From Lepidodermella squamata (lineage: Eukaryota; Animalia; Gastrotricha), in assembly GCA_047495785.1 (NCBI GenBank), contig JBLDXI010000003.1, positions 1,674,001 to 1,738,000 on the forward strand: a stretch of 64,000 bases of DNA, written 5' to 3'. This document shows positions 52,515-64,000 of this stretch, piece after piece; the stretch's first letter is position 1, and each line of letters opens with the position of its first letter. The notes beneath the pieces are model-generated. The model saw nothing but the letters and a program-made list of their open reading frames with translations. It made no database searches and was not told the DNA's origin. The position numbers were made by a program, and so were the translations under genes.

Positions 52515-53839
52515 TTATTTCAAAGCTTCTACTTGCAATTTATTCCAAGAATGCGGGCAACCTTCGAGTTCCGCTTGGCGCAATAGGTGCGACTCGTAAG
52601 CTCCTGGTCGTTTTGAATAATCAGTGGTCTCAAACTGGAACTGATACTCATTCACTGAATCAAACCGGCTGTAATTTGCGCAAAAATCAGGCTTCTTTTC
52701 AACACGAGTTAGGGAGTAGCAATATCCCTTCCGCATCACATTTTTGAATGCATCTTTCTCTTTAAGACGCGGGAAGTAAGTCCAGTGAAATGCGACACTC
52801 GGCCGTTGGCGATTCATTATTTCCGGCGGGATACCAGCTTCTTGAGGTGAAGCGACCTGTCCAGCTGGTATTGGACCTTTCCAGCCAAGTTCGGCCTCGC
52901 CAATCACCCAGTAGTACTCATCGCGGAAAAAATTCCACAGAACTGTACACATCAAGCTGTACTCGGAGTATTTCAATTCACCTGCCATTGCTGCGTCAAA
53001 ATACGTCTTCCCATTTGCTTTCCTGATTGTCTCTCGAACAGTGGCTAAATGCTTCGTTTTAATCACAACCGGAAAGTAAGACATGCAGTTGAAAGTTTCT
53101 GCAAAAGAAAAAATTATCGTTTGCACAGGAAAAGTTAATATTTACCTTTGATCCCGAGTAATTTGTAATTTTCAGCCGGAATATTCGCCCATTCGGTCCA
53201 TATGTCGGTTGCTGGCTTGCCGTACTTTGGCCTAACAATCGGTTTGCCATCAACAAACAGGTCACGCTGAGCGATTCGTGCTGTGAAAACCGTGTCCGTG
53301 TCCATGAAGCCGACAAATTCTGCTTTCGTAAAATTATCGGCCCACAGCTTCATCCATTGAGCCCTGTGCCAGCCATCTTTAGGGAAGGCCTTCTCGTTCA
53401 GCATCTTCCTTATGGTCACATTTTCGGGGCGAAACTGCCGCGTTAGATTTGCGAGGTCGTCAAGAAACGCCGTAGCCTTCGGGTCTTCCCAATCGCCGAC
53501 TATGACCAGATTCAGAGGTTGAGACATGGGCCAGAAGAGAGTAAGCGAGGGCATTAGCAATTCCTTGTTCTCCATCTTAGATTCGGCATCTGTTGGCGTA
53601 GACAGGTACAGCTCGAGATTGCTCGCCCATAGCTGAGTTTCGTCGCACATGGGATTTGAGGAAATTCTAGGATTCAAGATTTGTGCTAGGTAGGTTGGTA
53701 TGCTGATGTTGGAACCTTCGATTCCGATTATATTGTACCCGCTTTCATGGCGCGAGCAAGAGTAGAGCAGTAGAAGCAAGGTGATTGATAAGCCGAGAAG
53801 TATAAAAGCTTTTCGGTTTCCTGAGCAGCGAGCTTGCAT
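52515..53839 (-). CDS. Type II membrane DxD-motif glycosyltransferase-like protein, copy 3 (inverted)
   Basis: Exons 53839-53146 and 53098-52515; canonical GT-AG intron at the same position as in copies 1 and 2; EFVGFMDTDTVFT. Confidence 0.7.
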
Positions 53840-54514
53840 TGCTTGAAAATCGTAATTTCTAACAGATTCGAAATAAAGATTTGTAATTTTGCTCATTAAT
53901 TGAGTGTACAGTTTTCTTTAATTAAAATTCCAAATACTTCCTGTGCGATCTGGCGGTAAAAAATAGCGCTAATAGGTGATGGATATATTCTCGAGAATGA
54001 TTTCAGTACGTAATCATCGTCAGCACGAATGAAATTGCGATTCGTGTGATTTTATTTTAGCAGAGAAAGCAACAAACATAGATGAGAAATTGAAGCTATC
54101 CCGATCTTCACTTGTTATTTACAAAATGAGCACGCGACCTTAAGACCTCATTAAATAGCGATAATAAATTGTTTTGTTTAATCAGTCGCGAATTTCGGAA
54201 CAATAAATACGAATTATTCCTCGTAATTTTTGACGGAAGACAATTATCTTCAATGAACCCAGGTCATCATCGCTGGTTATTTTCCCAACTTTTGATCTGG
54301 ACAATTTGTCGCCACCCTAGTAACTGCGTCATCGGGAAATGTCATCATTTTCCTTTTATAATTCATAGTGTCGGGGCCCGAGTCCAAATTCGGCCCGTAC
54401 GCGCTCCGGCCGGCCCGTACGCATTTGGAGAGGCCCTTTTTGTGCACTTAAATTTATAATGCACTCATTACCTAGGTTAACAATAGCACGTTGCTGACGG
54501 CCAAGGTAAGCACG

Positions 54515-54585
54515 GCATCGGTGGTTCAGTGGTAGAATTCTCGCCTGCCACGCGGGAGGCCCGGGTTCGATTCCCGGCCGATGCA
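54515..54585 (+). tRNA. tRNA-Gly(GCC)
   Basis: GCATCGGTGGTTCAGTGGTAGAATTCTCGCCTGCCACGCGGGAGGCCCGGGTTCGATTCCCGGCCGATGCA followed by a T-run terminator. Confidence 0.95.
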
Positions 54586-54866
54586 AGCTCACTGTTTTTT
54601 CCCGGGGGTTTTTTCAATTTTTTTTTATTTGCGTGATGAATCATAAAACAAGCACGTTTTTTTCGTCAATATTGAAAACGGAACTCAATGTACACACACA
54701 TACACACAATATTGCATCATATTACACGGGCGAATGAATGTGCGGCACGAAGTGGAGTAGAATACCTATCAGCCGGCACCTTATCAGGCGGTTTGCCAGA
54801 AAACAAAACTCGAGGGCTGCTCTAACTTGGTATCAATTCCCATTTTACAACCGGGAACATTGAAAA

Positions 54867-59713
<4,847 letters not shown>

Positions 59714-60230
59714 TTTGCATCATAATGGGATAGATGAGCATCATTTTCTCGCTAAAATGCTGTCAACGATGCAACAGATTTGTGCTCATCTCAACTATCG
59801 TGCTGTCTAACTTTCAGGCAAAGCAGTCCGTAGATTTTTCGAAGGCGATTGTACGCAAATAAACTGAGAGACAATGACTTAATCCGGAGCCTTTGACTTC
59901 AATTATATCATTATATTCAATATTATATTACGGTTCAATATTATGGTGGGTGGTATGCTCTCCCGCTTTGCTCCACAAGCTACCGTGTTGCAAGTTTCAA
60001 TGTAAACCTATGAGCAACAATAGCTTGTATGCACCGTATGCACAGCCGTTAGCCGGTGGTTATCCGTTGGTGTAGTAACAGCTCACCTCTGGCCGCGACG
60101 GTGGAAAGCCGCATATTTATGCTCACGATATGCGTTGTATGGCAACTATGCCGCTTAAATTAGGACGTCAAGCTATTAAGCAGGGAACGTACTAGCTATA
60201 AGCTCAGTTGCTGAGTTAAACATAAGCAAG

Positions 60231-60301
60231 GCATCGGTGGTTCAGTGGTAGAATTCTCGCCTGCCACGCGGGAGGCCCGGGTTCGATTCCCGGCCGATGC
60301 A
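60231..60301 (+). tRNA. tRNA-Gly(GCC)
   Basis: Identical to the 54515 copy. Confidence 0.95.
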
Positions 60302-60383
60302 AGCTCATTATTTTGCCGCTGTTTTTTTTAGATTTTCATTAAAATAATCATCAGCCTTCACTGAAAAAATCAATCATATCGCT

Positions 60384-60455
60384 AGGCCCAGGCGGGAATT
60401 GAACCCGCGATCTTCTGTTTACGAGACAGACGCTCTACCACTAAGCTACTGAGCC
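60384..60455 (-). tRNA. tRNA-Thr(CGT)
   Basis: Reverse complement identical to the 37522 copy. Confidence 0.92.
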
Positions 60456-60658
60456 TGTTCATTTCGAGCCTTGAAGTCACAAACTATCTCCGATCCACTG
60501 TGGTGGGTTAGGAATATCCTAAGTATTTTATTAAGGCCGGGTATCAGGTACAATTCAACTATAAGAATTCAATTGGTATTTTAAGGTTATCAATTTCCAA
60601 AGGGGAAGGGGAAAGTGTTATGAAAGTGTTAGGATAGCTCCAAAAGCGTCGCAATGGT

Positions 60659-61454
60659 TTAGTCAACATTGACACCCCAGGTACTCTGGTCCTGGCAATC
60701 AACACGGCGAGCATCCAGATCGTCGTGATTTTTCTTCAACCAGCTCAACTTGGCAGCGTTGGCTTTCTTGCAAAAAACAGCCGGATCGCCTTGATACTCA
60801 ACACCGAATACAGCCTTATTCTGCTTGATGAACGTGCTGCTGTAGCCATCACATTCCTTGAAGAAATAGCACTGCTCGTTAAGAGCCCAATCGAAACTAT
60901 CGACAAGAGCAGCCAGTTGGCTGACATCGTTCTTCAGACCAATGCTTAGGCCGAGAGCATGGGCTTCAGCCGCGATCCATTTGTTGAACTTCAGCTGATC
61001 GTTGGCCGTCGTCGCAAATCCTGTAGCCTTGCCGAAGGTGAATGAGTCCATGTTGTCCGGTTCAACGGCGTCGCATTTCTTGCTCTTCGCCAGTTGCAGA
61101 CGCCAACAGGGGAGCTTTCAACGCTTCACTACGGACGTCGAACCACTTCTCCCCCTGCCAACCATCCATAGCCTTGCCAATGACTGCCGAAGAAAAGTTG
61201 CCCTTATCCGGACGCCAGTTTTCCCAAGTTCCGGCTGAGAAATAGCAAACGACAATACGGCCATCTCGGTGTAACTTGTCGACGACAGATTGGTCCGAGT
61301 CGAACAGATCGATGTCATACATGGCGACGTTGTAGGATGTGTCGATTTTTCCAGTCAGCTGCCATTGCCAGGTTGTCAAAGGCGCTGGTTTCCAAATCGC
61401 AGCCCGAGCAGCGTAACCCAAAGTCAAAACTAGGAGGGCTGATAATCTGTGCAT
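60659..61454 (-). pseudogene. GH114 endo-alpha-1,4-polygalactosaminidase-like, copy A, frameshifted near 61106
   Basis: Signal peptide, WQWQL, YDIDLFD, CYFSAGTWENWRPD in one frame; WRLQLAKSKKCDAVEPDNMD, GLKNDV, NEQC, VFGVEY in another; CTG-T-TGG versus the paralogue's CTG-AAA-TGG at the break. Confidence 0.8.
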
Positions 61455-61950
61455 TTTTTGGTAAATGACTGTTCCCTAATTCGCGACTTATATCAGCTCT
61501 GAGTTGTTTACATAACATTGTATAAACAAACATTTAGATTTGGTGATCGGGTTAAGCCAGATTATTTTCGCACTCAATGAAACACTGATTAGCTGATTTT
61601 AGTAATTGCCAACATAACTCTAGGATGACGGCGCAATATGTTCCAATACGTGCAAATTCTCAGGGAATAACTGGATGCTGCCTTTCGACTTTCCACTCAT
61701 TAGGGCAATCAGAGTTAGGTATATGCAAAGTGGCCACACCGAAAGCGGAAGATTAGCCGTCATTCTGTTTTCGGACAAAACTGTAAACTGGGATGTGGGA
61801 AACTTTCAGCCGTAATTTGTCCATCCATTGTGTGACTACTTTCAACATGGAATTCTTAAAACATATTTACCTGCAAGTGCATCTTCACCTTAATGCTTTT
61901 ATTTACCAGCTTGGATAACATAGAATCATAATTTTTTACGATCGAAGTTT

Positions 61951-62751
61951 TTATCCAACGCTCGTCGTCCATGTCTTACTGCTCTCTTGACAGTCGACGC
62001 GGCGCTGATCGAGATTCAGATTCTTTTTCATCCAACTCATTTTCATGGAATTCATTTTCGGGCAGAACGACGACGGACTGCCCTTGTATTCAACCCCAAA
62101 AACAGCCTTATTAGCCGCTATGAACGTATTTGTGTACCTGCCACATTCGTTATACTGATTGCATTGCTCGCTCAAGGCCCAATCGAAATCATTGACGAGC
62201 GACGAGAGTTGGTCCAAGTCGTTCTTCAGGCCTACGCTCAGCCCGTAGCTATGTGCCGTAGTTGCCAGCCATTTGTTGAAATTCAGCTGATCCGCTGCTG
62301 TTACTGGGAAACCAGGGTTTGCATCGTAGGAATCTACGTTATCTGGCTCAACGCCGTCACATTTTTTCCGGGTTGCGAGCTCAAGTCGCCATTTCAGAGC
62401 TCGTTTTACAGCTTCACTTCGAACATCTAGCCACCTCTCTCCTGGCCATTCATCGAGGCTATTGCCGATACTGGCTGAGGTGAAGTTATTTTTGTCCGGA
62501 CGCCAGTTTTCATGTGTTCCGGCTGAGAAGTAGCAGATGACGATACGGCCATCGCGATGCAACTTGTCGATAACAGATTGAGGCGCATCGAACAGGTCGA
62601 TGTCGTACATGGCCACGTTGTAGGACGTGTTGATTGTGCCTGTCAGCTGCCATTGCCATGTCGTAAGAGGCTTCGGCTGCCAAATAGCAGTGCTCGCGCC
62701 GAAAACTAGGAAAGTCAAGTAAAAAATGTAGCGTATCATTTCAGCTGGCAT
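61951..62751 (-). CDS. Secreted GH114 endo-alpha-1,4-polygalactosaminidase-like glycoside hydrolase, copy B (intact, intronless)
   Basis: Signal peptide; WQWQL, YDIDLFD, ICYFSAG, WRPD, WPGERWLDVRS, CDGVEPDNVD, GLKND, EQC, VFGVEY are hallmark GH114 (PF03537, Ega3-like) motifs. Confidence 0.9.
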   Translation of the reverse strand: MPAEMIRYIFYLTFLVFGASTAIWQPKPLTTWQWQLTGTINTSYNVAMYDIDLFDAPQSVIDKLHRDGRIVICYFSAGTHENWRPDKNNFTSASIGNSLDEWPGERWLDVRSEAVKRALKWRLELATRKKCDGVEPDNVDSYDANPGFPVTAADQLNFNKWLATTAHSYGLSVGLKNDLDQLSSLVNDFDWALSEQCNQYNECGRYTNTFIAANKAVFGVEYKGSPSSFCPKMNSMKMSWMKKNLNLDQRRVDCQESSKTWTTSVG

Positions 62752-63008
62752 AAAAAAAGCCGAATAACGCCGCTATTTACCTGGTTTTTAGTCGTGTTCA
62801 TAACATCCGAGGGTTTGTTTAACTAGCACTGCTAAGTAAATAAACGTTATATCTGAGGGTGGAAACAGAGAATGATGAGTATTGCTATTGTTTCAGCCAA
62901 GGATTACGCATTTTGACTCGGTTGTTTCCAGGGTTAAATTTGGCAAAATATCTTTCCTCGGGTGATACGGGGAAACCGAGAAGCAGAGTATCGAATCGAA
63001 TTATGTCA

Positions 63009-63080
63009 GGCTCAGTAGCTTAGTGGTAGAGCGTCTGTCTCGTAAACAGAAGATCGCGGGTTCAATTCCCGCCTGGGCCT
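63009..63080 (+). tRNA. tRNA-Thr(CGT)
   Basis: Identical to the 37522 copy. Confidence 0.92.
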
Positions 63081-63159
63081 AGCGATGAATCATTTTTTAG
63101 CGAAAGTTGAACATTATCTTAATGAAAATTAAAAATAAATACGGGCAAAATAATGAGCT

Positions 63160-63230
63160 TGCATCGGCCGGGAATCGAACCCGGGCCTCCCGCGTGGCAG
63201 GCGAGAATTCTACCACTGAACCACCGATGC
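63160..63230 (-). tRNA. tRNA-Gly(GCC)
   Basis: Reverse complement identical to the 54515 and 60231 copies. Confidence 0.95.
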
Positions 63231-64000
63231 CTTGCTGGAGTCCTTACCTTAGTAGCGGTCTATTTCGCTAACATGTTAGTTACCTGAAGTTAGTTGCCTG
63301 AGTGCAACGACCTCAGTCATAGGGCAACACGGTAATACGTGCGCGCGCGTGTGGCAGCGATGTAGTTATGTTTCCTTCATTTTATACTGGCCCCTCTTTG
63401 CGAGCAGGCCGTATTGTTGCTTGGATTTACTGTTTATTGTATTAGCATTCATTTCATGCGGACTACTTAGGTTAAGGTTAGCAATTTTAGCAAGAAGCTC
63501 AATAAAAATGCATCTCTTAACTTCTGCTATCTGCCATCCTTACCTCGGCACTGCAGTCCTATAAGCATCCCGAACAATCAAATTGAGTCGGAACCCGCAT
63601 GATTAGGCTCACGGAATCGAAAAACTGGCCTCATCCCTTTTGGGGTTTCGTCACTAATAAAGTTAAAATTAGCATGAAATTTATTAATCTTGAACTGCTC
63701 GCGCAATCTGATTGGAATCAGAGTTGCTAGTTAAGTGTGAAGTATGCCAGTATGCTGCATCAACTCAGTAAAAAATGATCTCCTCTACTTTTTGAACGCT
63801 CAATTTGCATAGCTGACTTGGGTTCGAAAGTCGAAAGAGCAGTATTAAAGCTCTGATTTCGTTAGTTGTCGGGGATCATCGGCATCCCATATATGAAATG
63901 GCGATTACTGACAGCAGCTAATCACTCAAGGACGTATATCAGTGTTTCCATTGAGTGCGAAAGTAATACTGCTCAACCCGAACAGCGACCTAATATTTAC

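Noticed and set aside
37522-54585. Functional link between CDKAL1 and neighbouring tRNA genes
   Set aside because: CDKAL1 modifies tRNA-Lys(UUU); the local tRNAs are Thr(CGT) and Gly(GCC), so proximity is probably coincidental.

Overview
Eukaryotic (invertebrate animal) DNA from a compact genome with mostly 45-60 nt introns; the species cannot be assigned from sequence alone. All protein genes up to ~42 kb lie on the + strand: the 3' end of an obscurin/UNC-89-like Ig-FN3-pseudokinase gene, a large secreted PAN/discoidin/LamG/F-type-lectin mosaic, two GPI-type Ly6/three-finger genes, a TRPN/NompC channel, a Kir channel, two RING-B-box-coiled-coil-ankyrin genes (the second with decayed MULE and hAT transposons in its introns), an F-box gene and two DxD glycosyltransferase-like paralogues. 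After these come CDKAL1 (-), SCYL2 (+), a small secreted Cys-rich peptide gene (-), a third glycosyltransferase-like paralogue (-), an MRP1-like ABCC transporter (+) and two intronless GH114 glycoside hydrolases (-, one frameshifted). Seven tRNA genes (3 Thr-CGT, 4 Gly-GCC) occur mostly as a repeated convergent Thr/Gly cassette. The most notable observations: (i) a tightly packed, possibly polycistronic Ly6-Ly6-TRPN-Kir cluster whose TRPN carries a ~440-aa mucin-like insertion in the outer pore loop and an Asn-to-Pro change in S6; (ii) microbial-type GH114 genes bracketed by inverted tRNA-pair cassettes; (iii) TRIM-like E3 ligases ending in ankyrin repeats; (iv) F-type lectin domains split by nested domains; (v) ~10-bp periodic A/T clusters in the introns of a subset of genes. 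Exon coordinates were read manually from splice consensus and reading frame and need RNA-seq confirmation.
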